NCBI GenBank assembly: GCA_002435905.1
Contig: DIWW01000024.1
Span: 293 to 64,292, forward strand
DNA length: 64,000 bases
Direction: 5' to 3'
Source of the DNA: Peptococcaceae bacterium UBA6096
GTDB taxonomy: Bacteria > Bacillota > Peptococcia > DRI-13 > UBA5745
Each line of letters starts with the position of its first letter. Position 1 is the stretch's first letter. The notes beneath the pieces were generated by a model that saw only the letters and a list, made by a program, of their open reading frames with translations, made no database searches and had not been told where the DNA came from. The translations under genes were made by a program, and so were the position numbers. This document shows, piece after piece, positions 56,152 through 64,000 of the stretch.

Positions 56152-57246
56152 ATGACGGATCGAGAAGAAGAATTGTTGGATTTGATTCGGAGAAATCCGG
56201 CCGTATCCCAAAATGAATTGGCCGCTGCGCTTGGGATCACCCGATCATCGGTGGCGGTTCATATTACGAATCTAGTTAAAAAGGGTTTGATTCTCGGGAA
56301 AGGGTATATTTTGAAGGACGAGGATTATATCACGGTTTTGGGCGGAGCCAACATCGATATCATCGGCATTCCGAATCAGAAATTTTTACCTGAAGATTCA
56401 AATCCGGGGCGAATCAAGACTGCCGTCGGCGGCGTCGGCAGAAATATTGCAGAAAACCTCGTTCACTTGGGCGTTCCCACGAAGCTGATCAGTGCGGTGG
56501 GCGATGACCTCAATGGACGAAAAATTCTGGAACACGCAGAAAGGATCGGCCTTGAAATGAAGAACACGCTTGTGTTGAGCGACAAGCCTACTTCAACCTA
56601 TCTGGCGATTCTGGATGTGAACGGTGATATGCAGGCCGCGGTTTCACAAATGGATATTTTTGAAGAAATGACCATCGATTTTATTCAATCGAAAAAACAA
56701 GTCATCGAGAATTCCAAGATCTGTGTGATCGATACCAACATACCGGATCATGTCATTGATTATGTATTGAATCATTTCAAGCACACAAAATATTATCTTG
56801 ATACGGTTTCCAGCAAAAAAGCCCGCAAAATCAAGGATAAAATCGGTTTGTTCCATACGATCAAGCCGAACAAAATCGAAGCGGAGCTGCTGTCGGATAT
56901 AAAAATAGAGAACCTTCGCGATTTGGAAAAGGCTTCTGAATATTTTCTTGAACAAGGCGTGAAACGGGTCTTTATCTCTCTGGGCGCCGAAGGGGTTTTC
57001 TACCATGACGGGAATGAGCATCAGCTGATTGCAAATCCGAAAGTACAGGTGGTCAATGCCACCGGCGCCGGCGATGCCTTCTTAGCCGCTCTGGCATTCA
57101 GCGATTTCCATCATTACGATATCGATGAAAGTGCGAGATTTTCAATGGCTGCGGCGATTTTGGCACTGAGCTACGAAGAAACGATCAATCCGAACATTTC
57201 AAAAGAAAAGGTTTATCAAACAATGAAGGAGCTTGGATTATGTTAG
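56152..57246 (+). CDS. psuK: Pseudouridine kinase (N-terminal wHTH plus PfkB-family kinase)
   Basis: HTH LIRRNPAVSQNELAAALGITRSSVAVHITNLVKKG. PfkB motifs (GGANIDI.., ..VVNATGAGDAFLAAL). Overlaps and precedes psuG. Confidence 0.8.
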   Translation: MTDREEELLDLIRRNPAVSQNELAAALGITRSSVAVHITNLVKKGLILGKGYILKDEDYITVLGGANIDIIGIPNQKFLPEDSNPGRIKTAVGGVGRNIAENLVHLGVPTKLISAVGDDLNGRKILEHAERIGLEMKNTLVLSDKPTSTYLAILDVNGDMQAAVSQMDIFEEMTIDFIQSKKQVIENSKICVIDTNIPDHVIDYVLNHFKHTKYYLDTVSSKKARKIKDKIGLFHTIKPNKIEAELLSDIKIENLRDLEKASEYFLEQGVKRVFISLGAEGVFYHDGNEHQLIANPKVQVVNATGAGDAFLAALAFSDFHHYDIDESARFSMAAAILALSYEETINPNISKEKVYQTMKELGLC

Positions 57247-58154
57247 AAAAATATCTGGATATCCACCATGAGGTCAAAGCGGCCATTGAAGCAGGGAAAG
57301 CGGTCGTCGCGCTGGAATCGACCATCATTTCCCACGGGATGCCGTATCCTAAGAATGTGGAAACAGCCCTGGAGGTGGAAAAAATCGCAAGGGAACATGG
57401 AGCGGTTCCGGCAACCATCGCAATCATGAATGGCAGAATCAAGGTCGGTTTGACTTCGAAGGAAATTGAATCCTTGGGACAAAGCGACGATGCGGTGAAA
57501 GCAAGCCGCCGGGATATTCCGTTCATCCTTGTGAAAGGCTTGACGGGTGCAACCACGGTTGCTTCCACAATGATTATTGCAAGCCTGGCAGGCATCAAAA
57601 TCTTTGCCACCGGCGGCATCGGCGGCGTTCACCGAGGCGCACAGGATACCTTTGACATCTCGGCTGACCTGCAGGAACTTGCCAAGACCAATGTGGCCGT
57701 GGTCTGTGCCGGGGCCAAATCCATACTCGATATCGGCTTGACCTTGGAATACCTTGAGACCCAGGGCGTTCCGGTGGTTGGCTATGGAACTGACGATCTG
57801 CCGGCTTTTTATACTTCAAAAAGCGGTTATGGTGTGGATTATCGGGTGGATACGGTCCAAGAGCTTGCAGAAGCGTTGAAAGCAAAGTGGGATTTGGGCC
57901 TGCATGGCGGTGTGGTGGTCGCCAATCCGATACCCGAGGAATACGAGATGGAACCGGACGTCATCAACAAGGCCATCGATTCAGCCGTCAAGGAAGCTGA
58001 AGAAAAGGGGATCAAAGGGAAGGAAAGCACGCCCTTCCTGCTGGCCAAGGTCAAAGAACTGACCGGGGGCGCCAGCCTGGATTCAAACATTCAGCTTGTC
58101 TATAATAACGCAAAGCTCGGAGCACAAATTGCCGTTGAATTATGCAAAATTTAG
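57240..58154 (+). CDS. psuG: Pseudouridine-5'-phosphate glycosidase
   Basis: AVVALESTIISHGMPYPKN, ..FATGGIGGVHRGA.., ..DISADLQEL. are characteristic of PsuG/IndA. Confidence 0.9.
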   Translation: MLEKYLDIHHEVKAAIEAGKAVVALESTIISHGMPYPKNVETALEVEKIAREHGAVPATIAIMNGRIKVGLTSKEIESLGQSDDAVKASRRDIPFILVKGLTGATTVASTMIIASLAGIKIFATGGIGGVHRGAQDTFDISADLQELAKTNVAVVCAGAKSILDIGLTLEYLETQGVPVVGYGTDDLPAFYTSKSGYGVDYRVDTVQELAEALKAKWDLGLHGGVVVANPIPEEYEMEPDVINKAIDSAVKEAEEKGIKGKESTPFLLAKVKELTGGASLDSNIQLVYNNAKLGAQIAVELCKI

Positions 58155-58266
58155 CTTTTCCATGAAGCGCGTCTTTGCAGCCGGGGAGTTGACACCGAAC
58201 CCATTATTTATTATGATGAAATAGTTATGATAACTAGAAAAAATAGTTATAAACAGAGGGGAAATA

Positions 58267-58848
58267 ATGGAGAATAACTCAAATTTGCACGAGTTCAGCC
58301 GGACCATGAGCCAAGTGAAACTCCCAAAGTGGGATGATCTGCCTGATTTTCCAATCTATTGCGACCAGATGCTGCAGATCATGACCGAAAAAATCGCTTT
58401 TATCCATAACGGAGACGAAAAGCATATTACCAAAAGCATGGTCAACAACTATGTTAAATGGGGCATGATGCCGAAACCGGTAAAGAAGAAGTACGAAAAA
58501 ATCCACGTGGTCTATATTATTGTCATTACCATCCTCAAGCAGATCTTGCCGATCACGAAAATCAAAGATGGGATCCAATTGCAGATTGCCTTGCTGGGCA
58601 ACGAAAAAGCAGCTTACGATTCCTTTTGCGAAGCCTTCGAGGAATCGATGCAAAGGATTTTTCTTCCGGTCCCTGAAAGCGACGGCTCATATATATTAGA
58701 GTCAAGGGAAATTCAATACGAAAAGCTTGCGGTTTCGACCATAACCTCCGCATTGGCGAATCAATGGTTAACCGAAAAAATCATTGAAACAAAATTAGCA
58801 GCCTATCATCAACGCCAAAGAAAAGGAGCAGAACATGGAAGAAAATAA
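58267..58848 (+). CDS. DUF1836 domain protein
   Basis: KLPKWDDLPDFPIYCDQM...ITKSMVNNYVKWGMMPKPVKKKY. Shows the usual linkage upstream of degV. Confidence 0.7.
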   Translation: MENNSNLHEFSRTMSQVKLPKWDDLPDFPIYCDQMLQIMTEKIAFIHNGDEKHITKSMVNNYVKWGMMPKPVKKKYEKIHVVYIIVITILKQILPITKIKDGIQLQIALLGNEKAAYDSFCEAFEESMQRIFLPVPESDGSYILESREIQYEKLAVSTITSALANQWLTEKIIETKLAAYHQRQRKGAEHGRK

Positions 58849-59695
58849 AATTGCGATCCTAACCGACTCCTGCTCGGATGTACCGCGTGATTTACTGGAA
58901 CGGTTTCATATTTACGAGATGGCGCTGACCATCAACTATAAAGACAAATCCTATCGTGACCGGATCGACATCACACCCGAAGAAGTGTATGGCAATCTGC
59001 AAAAGGAAATTCCTCATACAAGCTTGCCTACCATGGGTGAAATGCGTGAAGCCATTGAAAAAATCGTCGCGGACGGGTATCGTCAGATCATTATTCCCGT
59101 CATCTCCTCGGGGTTGAGCGGGACATACAGTGCCATCATGCATGCCTGCAGTGAATTTAAGGATATTAAGACCGCCGTCATTGACACGAAAAACATCGCC
59201 CTGGGTTCCGGATTCCTTTCGGTCTATGCCGCACAATTGGTTGAGAAAAATTTAAGCTTTGACCAAATCGTCAAGAAGCTTGAGGATAAAATCGCTGCTT
59301 CTCATATTTATTACAGTCTTCAAACGCTGCAATACCTTATGAAGGGCGGAAGAATCGGCCGTGTGGAGGGCATCCTGGGCAGCATGCTTCAAATCAAACC
59401 CATCATTTCCTGTGACGAAAACGGGATCTACTATACTGTCGAAAAGGTGCGGGGCAGAAAACAAAGTATCGACAAATTAATCGAAATCGTCGAGGGACGG
59501 CTCAAGGGCACAAAGAATTATTACCTGACTATTTGTCATGGCTATGCCCAGGAAGAAGCGGATAAGATAAAAGAAAGAATGAAGGCCTATGTGGACAAGG
59601 CGGTTCTGTTTATGGAAGGCCAGATTTCGCCGGCGCTGGGCGTCCACACCGGACCCGGGCTGATTGGGATCGGATTTTTTGACTTGGATGATTGA
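58835..59695 (+). CDS. DegV family fatty-acid-binding protein
   Basis: IAILTDSCSDVP...TSLPTMGEM...ISSGLSGTY...LQYLMKGGRIG. Confidence 0.9.
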   Translation: MEENKIAILTDSCSDVPRDLLERFHIYEMALTINYKDKSYRDRIDITPEEVYGNLQKEIPHTSLPTMGEMREAIEKIVADGYRQIIIPVISSGLSGTYSAIMHACSEFKDIKTAVIDTKNIALGSGFLSVYAAQLVEKNLSFDQIVKKLEDKIAASHIYYSLQTLQYLMKGGRIGRVEGILGSMLQIKPIISCDENGIYYTVEKVRGRKQSIDKLIEIVEGRLKGTKNYYLTICHGYAQEEADKIKERMKAYVDKAVLFMEGQISPALGVHTGPGLIGIGFFDLDD

Positions 59696-59730
59696 ATAAC
59701 CAGGGATTCGCCGGTGCGCCGATAAAGATC

Positions 59731-59787
59731 AAAAGCGTACACTTCCAGCATCAATTTCTTAGTTGATGATGGGGTGTACGCTTTTTT
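59731..59787 (+). terminator. Rho-independent terminator
   Basis: AAAAGCGTACAC...GTGTACGCTTTTTT. Confidence 0.75.
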
Positions 59788-59816
59788 CGAATGGATTTTC
59801 AAAAAATGAGGTCCGT

Positions 59817-59996
59817 TTAGGTATCCTTACGTATGATGCGAAGGTATTCTTCATAGGCGAAAACCCGGTTCCTGCGGACATTTTCGGTTTGTTGCAGTAT
59901 CCTTAACGCAGCGAGCATATGAACTGCATTTGAAGCAGCATTGAAAGAAATACCTAATGCTCCGCTTGTCTTTTTGATATCAATGATCGGGCTTTT
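59817..59996 (-). pseudogene. C-terminal relic (~59 aa) of a Fic-family protein
   Basis: KSPIIDIKKTSGALGISFNAASNAVHMLAALRILQQTENVRRNRVFAYEEYLRIIRKDT matches the C-terminal wHTH of long Fic proteins. The Fic core is absent, and the ORF's nominal N-terminus is a terminator hairpin. Confidence 0.5.
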
Positions 59997-60006
59997 TTCA
60001 AGCCAA

Positions 60007-60054
60007 ACAAAAAACGCCGGAATATTTGGCAAAAAGCCTTATATTCCGGCGTTT
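60007..60054 (-). terminator. Rho-independent terminator downstream of the tRNA remnant
   Basis: CGCCGGAATAT...ATATTCCGGCG, with a U-run on the minus strand. A second small hairpin CCGAAAA-gtga-TTTTCGG lies at 60063-60080. Confidence 0.65.
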
Positions 60055-60088
60055 CTATGAGACCGAAAATCACTTTTCGGACGGTTTG

Positions 60089-60147
60089 TGGTGGAGATGA
60101 GGGGGATCGAACCCCTGACCTCTTGACTGCCAGTCAAGCGCGCTCTC
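60089..60147 (-). tRNA. 3' fragment (about positions 18-76, CCA encoded) of tRNA-Ala(GGC). No 5' half; probable att-site remnant
   Basis: The reverse complement reads GAGAGCGCG-CTTGA-CTGGCAG-TCAAG-AGGTC-AGGGG-TTCGATC-CCCCT-CATCTCC-ACCA. That is anticodon loop CU-GGC-AG, T-arm GGTTCGATCC, acceptor 3' strand ..CTCC with U70 (Ala G3:U70 identity), then ACCA. It closely resembles E. coli tRNA-Ala(GGC) as remembered. Upstream sequence (AATTCATTTTGCAAGAATAATT) is not tRNA-like. Confidence 0.7.
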
Positions 60148-60456
60148 AATTATTCTTGCAAAATGAATTATAATATATAAAAAACATAATAAGAAAAGTT
60201 TGGTAATTATTTCAAAAGTAATTGGATCTAATCCCTTCTGAAAGGAATTATTTTAAATAAACATACTATTTCAACTTTGAGCACATCAGAAATCCCAATT
60301 AGTTCACGGAAGTTAGACTTTAATGTAGTTTATAATCCGAAAGCCCATTGTAATATCAAAATATTCATAAAAATCTTGATTTTGATAATAAGGAGGAATA
60401 TGCTAAAGAAGATAGTTAAAATTTGTTAAATTCAAATTCCAGAAAGAAGATAGTTT

Positions 60457-61566
60457 ATGAATAAGATTGTTGCTTTTGATGTAGAGACTCCCAATGGGAA
60501 TAACGATAGAGTATGCTCAATAGGATTAACAGTGATTAAAAATGGTGATATCAAAGAAACGATTAGTTATCTTGTTAACCCAGAAGTTGAGTTCGATGAT
60601 AAGAATATTAGCATACATGGAATAACCCCTGATCAAGTCATCAATGCTCCAATCTTTCCAGAAGTATGGAGAGAAATTAATGAACTTATGCGTGAGAGCC
60701 TTTTAGTTGCGCACAATGCAACATTTGATTTATGCGTTTTGAAAAAAACGCTTCAAAACTATTATATCTATGAATCTTCAATAAGTTATATTTGTACACT
60801 CCAAATATCAAGAAGACTGTTCAATGACGTAGAAAATCATAAACTTTCTACTCTGAGTAAAAAATTAGGAATTGAGTTGATCCACCATGAAGCTGGAAGT
60901 GATAGCAGATGTTGTGCTGAAATACTATGCAATTGTATTAAGAAGGGTATTCTAATCGACGAGTACATTAAAACTTTTGATTTATCTTCAAATGATAATT
61001 GTAATAATTATATTCCCAAAAAGCAGTTAAGTACCCAAACTCAAGCCTTAAACGAACTAAAAGGTATTCTCTTCGGCATCACTTGTGATGATGTACTCAA
61101 TGTAGCAGAAGTAATTTCTTTGCAGGATTGGCTTTGTAGCAACAAACGTTATGAGGGTTCTTTTCCATATGATGATGTATCTGCAATAGTATATGATGCT
61201 TTACAGGATGGAATACTCACTCAATGTGAAATCGATTCCATGAAAACTATATTTAAGCAAATATGTGATCCAGTTAACAACACTTGTGTAAGCTGTAATA
61301 ATCGTGAAATATCTGGTAAAAAAATTTGCATAACCGGTGAATTCGATTTTGGCAATCGGACTGAAGTTGAACAATGGTTAGAAAAGAATAACGCTATATG
61401 CCAAAAGTCTGTATGCAAGGATACTGATTATGTTATCGTTGGAAATCAAGGGAGTATAGCTTGGTGTGCTGGAAATTATGGAACAAAATTGAAAAGGGCA
61501 GTTGAACTTCAAAACAAAGGGTATGCGATTAAGATCGTAAAAGAAGATGAATTGCTCAAGATGTGA
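60457..61566 (+). CDS. DEDDh (DnaQ-like) 3'-5' exonuclease with central unknown domain and C-terminal BRCT domain
   Basis: ExoI AFDVETPN, ExoII LVAHNATFDLCVL, ExoIII HHEAGSDSRCCAEIL. The C-terminal ISGKKICITGEF....VEQWLEKNNAICQKSVCKDTDYVIVG..GTKLKRAVELQNKGYAIKIV is BRCT-like. Confidence 0.75.
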   Translation: MNKIVAFDVETPNGNNDRVCSIGLTVIKNGDIKETISYLVNPEVEFDDKNISIHGITPDQVINAPIFPEVWREINELMRESLLVAHNATFDLCVLKKTLQNYYIYESSISYICTLQISRRLFNDVENHKLSTLSKKLGIELIHHEAGSDSRCCAEILCNCIKKGILIDEYIKTFDLSSNDNCNNYIPKKQLSTQTQALNELKGILFGITCDDVLNVAEVISLQDWLCSNKRYEGSFPYDDVSAIVYDALQDGILTQCEIDSMKTIFKQICDPVNNTCVSCNNREISGKKICITGEFDFGNRTEVEQWLEKNNAICQKSVCKDTDYVIVGNQGSIAWCAGNYGTKLKRAVELQNKGYAIKIVKEDELLKM

Positions 61567-61604
61567 AATCCATAATGAATATATTATTTAATGGAGGAGC
61601 TTCA

Positions 61605-62216
61605 ATGGAAAATAATGAAACTGATCATAAAAAATTACTTCAATCAAGAATTGAAGAATTAGGAAGCGCAATTATCAATATTTTCGATGGGAAAACATAT
61701 GTTGAGGGATTCAATGGTGAAGAGATGCTTTGCCTTTGGAATAAAGGAGTCAATTGCAGACAAAGCCAAGGGTTATATTATATTGAAGCAGAAGATGAAT
61801 TAGATTATTCACGGTCAAAGGATAATGCACTGATTATATTGAAGAGGGACAATTTAGAGAAATGCAGATTTCAATTTGTGCCCTTTTTTAAAGGAATAGT
61901 AAAATATAACTTAATAGAAAATTTGAATTCAAGATTGGAACAAAAATTTAAGTCAAATAACAAGTATTATACAAGATTGTTCACAATGCGGAAATGTAAA
62001 TACACTAATCAATATAATGTAGTTTATTTCGAAGATGCTGAAGAAGGTGGTAAGAATAAGATCAGCATGATATTTAAGGATTTTAAAGAAGCAGACATTC
62101 TATTTAAAAGAACTTTCAATAATTATAAATTGTATAGTTTAGATAACAAGAGGATTTCAGAAGGCTTCGAGTATTTTAAAAAATATGGAGCATTATACGA
62201 AGATCAACATTTATAA
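61605..62216 (+). CDS. Hypothetical protein (203 aa), no recognisable domain
   Basis: ATG lies 5 nt after GGAGGAG. Same strand as, and 38 nt after, the exonuclease gene. AT-rich codon usage like its neighbours. Confidence 0.5.
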   Translation: MENNETDHKKLLQSRIEELGSAIINIFDGKTYVEGFNGEEMLCLWNKGVNCRQSQGLYYIEAEDELDYSRSKDNALIILKRDNLEKCRFQFVPFFKGIVKYNLIENLNSRLEQKFKSNNKYYTRLFTMRKCKYTNQYNVVYFEDAEEGGKNKISMIFKDFKEADILFKRTFNNYKLYSLDNKRISEGFEYFKKYGALYEDQHL

Positions 62217-62269
62217 ATAACATAATAAGTACAATCTATATGATTACCTTTAGGTAGAAAGAAGGCTCT

Positions 62270-62914
62270 ATGATGCACATGATTATCAACCTCGTCTTGA
62301 TGGGTTGTGTAATTATTGGCTTTATTGCACTATCAGAGGATTTAAAATATTTAAAATCGTATATTAAAAAAGAAGATGCAGAACCTGGTTTGTTTCAATA
62401 CTATAAAAGAAAACCTGTATTATTAACTATTCTGCTAATAATAGCAATTTTAGTATTGGTTATAGTGCCTATATATAATTATGTATCGGCAACTCCAGAT
62501 GGTTTATACTGTTATAACGTTATTGTCGAGAATATTGATAGCGAAAAATATACTTTGCCTGCATCTATATACTGCTACACAGAAATTGATGGAGAAACAC
62601 GTTACTCAATATGGACTCAGAATGATTCAACAACAATTAATTATAACAAGAGATTCTTTATTGAACGTGCTTATTGGCCCAATGGTGGGTACTTAAACTT
62701 TGATGATCATGAAATTGAACCACTTGTTACAACACGTTTATATGACCAAGAGGATAGGGAGTGGAACTGCACCCTAACAATGGTCGAATCAAGTAATCCC
62801 AACATACAAGAGGATGTAGAAAAACAACCAGTTTATGACATCATTATTGGAGTAGTTTGTGCAATAAGCACAATAATTTGTCTCTCGTTGTATATATTAA
62901 AGCTCAGCAAATAG
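62270..62914 (+). CDS. Hypothetical membrane protein (3 TM helices, central soluble domain)
   Basis: TM helices IINLVLMGCVIIGFIAL, VLLTILLIIAILVLVIVPIY and IIIGVVCAISTIICLSLYIL. Confidence 0.5.
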   Translation: MMHMIINLVLMGCVIIGFIALSEDLKYLKSYIKKEDAEPGLFQYYKRKPVLLTILLIIAILVLVIVPIYNYVSATPDGLYCYNVIVENIDSEKYTLPASIYCYTEIDGETRYSIWTQNDSTTINYNKRFFIERAYWPNGGYLNFDDHEIEPLVTTRLYDQEDREWNCTLTMVESSNPNIQEDVEKQPVYDIIIGVVCAISTIICLSLYILKLSK

Positions 62915-62997
62915 ATAATGAGCATTTCATGATAAATCTGTCGAATATATTTTTTGATCAAGTTTGTGTTTAACGAAAGAAAGAGTGATGAAGATAA

Positions 62998-63681
62998 TTG
63001 GAATTTAACAAAGAAAATAAAAGCTATTTTTTAACTTGCGATGTTGTTTATCAAATGTCACTTGAATTTTATAAACAATTTCAAGAAAGTAGATTGATGT
63101 ATAAGGAGTTAACAAAGGGCGGGGGATGGAATTTTGCTGGTCATTCAGAAGGAGAGAATAATTTCTATCTTAATTGCTCGCAGACCAAACATCGGACAGC
63201 AATTAGTGCTATAGTTTTTCAAGCTTTAGCGGTTGAAGCGTATGTGAATCTTTATGGTGCCATTAAGATGGGAGAGAAGAAATATTATTCTGAAATAGAA
63301 ACCGGCAAGAAAGGTATCAGTACAGCTGTTAAGATTACTATGATTTATAAGCAGAGCTTACATAAAAGTTTTCCAGTTAATGAAAAGGTATATTTAGATT
63401 TAAAAGATCTTTTTGAAAAGAGAAATAAACTAGTTCATTATAAGCCGATTGGTTTGGATGATTCAAATTCAACAATTGAAGAGTTTGGTGTTAACTTATT
63501 CAATCAAGTTCTTTTTATATACAAAAATATTGACAGTCAAATGACCGTTTATTATAGATTAAAAAAACTATTAGCAGAATTGGATGGTACACAAAAAGAT
63601 GTGGTTGCGGAACAGGAATCACTGCTTGATTATCGAGATGAATACCTAAGAAATGAGATCCTTAAAGACATTTTAAGGTGA
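62998..63681 (+). CDS. Hypothetical protein with HEPN-like Rx4H motif (candidate RNase)
   Basis: ..AISAIVFQALAVEAYVNLYG.. helix followed by ..DLFEKRNKLVHYKP (R-N-x-x-x-H). All-helical appearance. Start uncertain: TTG 62998 per the track; the first ATG is at 63055. Confidence 0.45.
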   Translation: MEFNKENKSYFLTCDVVYQMSLEFYKQFQESRLMYKELTKGGGWNFAGHSEGENNFYLNCSQTKHRTAISAIVFQALAVEAYVNLYGAIKMGEKKYYSEIETGKKGISTAVKITMIYKQSLHKSFPVNEKVYLDLKDLFEKRNKLVHYKPIGLDDSNSTIEEFGVNLFNQVLFIYKNIDSQMTVYYRLKKLLAELDGTQKDVVAEQESLLDYRDEYLRNEILKDILR

Positions 63682-63764
63682 TGTGTTTGGGAAATCGAGT
63701 TATAAAATACCACCTATAAATTAAAAGGATCAAAGCGAAAAAGATACCATCTGAAAGGATCATT

Positions 63765-64000
63765 ATGCTAGAAATAATTAAAGCATTATTCAAGTGTATG
63801 TTCTCTTTTATCAAATTATTTTTTGCTGGAATTCAGTTGCTTCCTCAACTGATATTGACTTTTTTACCAATTTCTTTTAAGTATGGCCTAGAGGACTATT
63901 TGATTTCAAAACTCATTACAATACTTTTTATATTAATCACTTTAATATTAGGATTTTATTTAGATAAAAAGACGGAGAAAAAGATTTTTAGGTTAATCGC
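63765..64000 (+). CDS. Hypothetical membrane protein, 3'-truncated by window edge
   Basis: ATG lies 6 nt after AAAGGA. Open to the window end. Hydrophobic: MLEIIKALFKCMFSFIKLFFAGIQLLPQLILTFLPISF...ITILFILITLILGFYL. Confidence 0.4.
   Translation, partial: MLEIIKALFKCMFSFIKLFFAGIQLLPQLILTFLPISFKYGLEDYLISKLITILFILITLILGFYLDKKTEKKIFRLI

Noticed and set aside
60089-60170. Intact tRNA gene
   Set aside because: Only the D-loop-distal ~59 nt are tRNA-like. The expected 5' acceptor and D-stem (GGGG..AGCTCAG..) are replaced by AT-rich sequence, so it is called a fragment/att remnant rather than a functional tRNA.

Overview
The window looks like a Firmicutes (Clostridia-like) chromosome, judging from SLH-domain surface proteins, sigma-54/EBP regulation, YesMN-type two-component systems, DUF1836-DegV and copper-amine-oxidase-like stalk domains. 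All calls were made by eye from the sequence and the ORF track. Hairpin and promoter coordinates were hand-counted and may be off by a few nt.

Layout:
- 1-10 kb: a sigma-54-controlled operon for a three-component flavoprotein dehydrogenase (HcnABC/OoxAB/LhpBEF-like). It also carries an FCD regulator, a divergent DapB-like reductase, an orphan family-5 binding protein and a Na+/solute symporter.
- 10-12.4 kb: blaI-blaR1-like pair.
- 12.4-15.8 kb: ilvB-ilvN preceded by two tandem Ile-rich leader-peptide/terminator units, followed by a decayed ilvA.
- 15.9-19.4 kb: lower-GC insert with two degraded AbiE-like type IV TA loci and an EamA transporter, ending at a relic ilvN-like 3' end.
- 19.8-27 kb: secreted protein, AEC transporter, HTH regulator and a 1176-aa SLH/GLUG surface protein. 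This block is bounded by a relic copy of the AEC gene start.
- 27.3-36.6 kb: divergent cluster of two giant cytoplasmic fusion enzymes (unknown+GH130; GT4+unknown helical domain) with cupin-PMI, ManC and a phosphohexomutase.
- 36.7-40.3 kb: DUF2892, a secreted protein with an extreme D/E/H/Y repeat and a 183-aa tandem duplication, and a lipoprotein.
- 40.5-53.4 kb: YesMN-like TCS, a complete peptide ABC importer, a YheO-like regulator and two tandem divergent tyrosine-phenol-lyase/tryptophanase-family genes.
- 53.5-59.7 kb: ndk, PKD-domain protein, psuK-psuG, DUF1836-degV.
- 59.8-64 kb: Fic relic and a 3' fragment of tRNA-Ala(GGC). The fragment marks the edge of an AT-rich island that carries a DEDDh-exonuclease-BRCT protein, two unknowns and an Rx4H (HEPN-like) protein, and runs off the window.

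No rRNA, CRISPR array, transposase or integrase is visible. The best candidates for something new are the mannoside-cycle fusion cluster, the island cargo, the tandem ilv leaders and the tandem lyases. None of these can be confirmed without searches or experiments.
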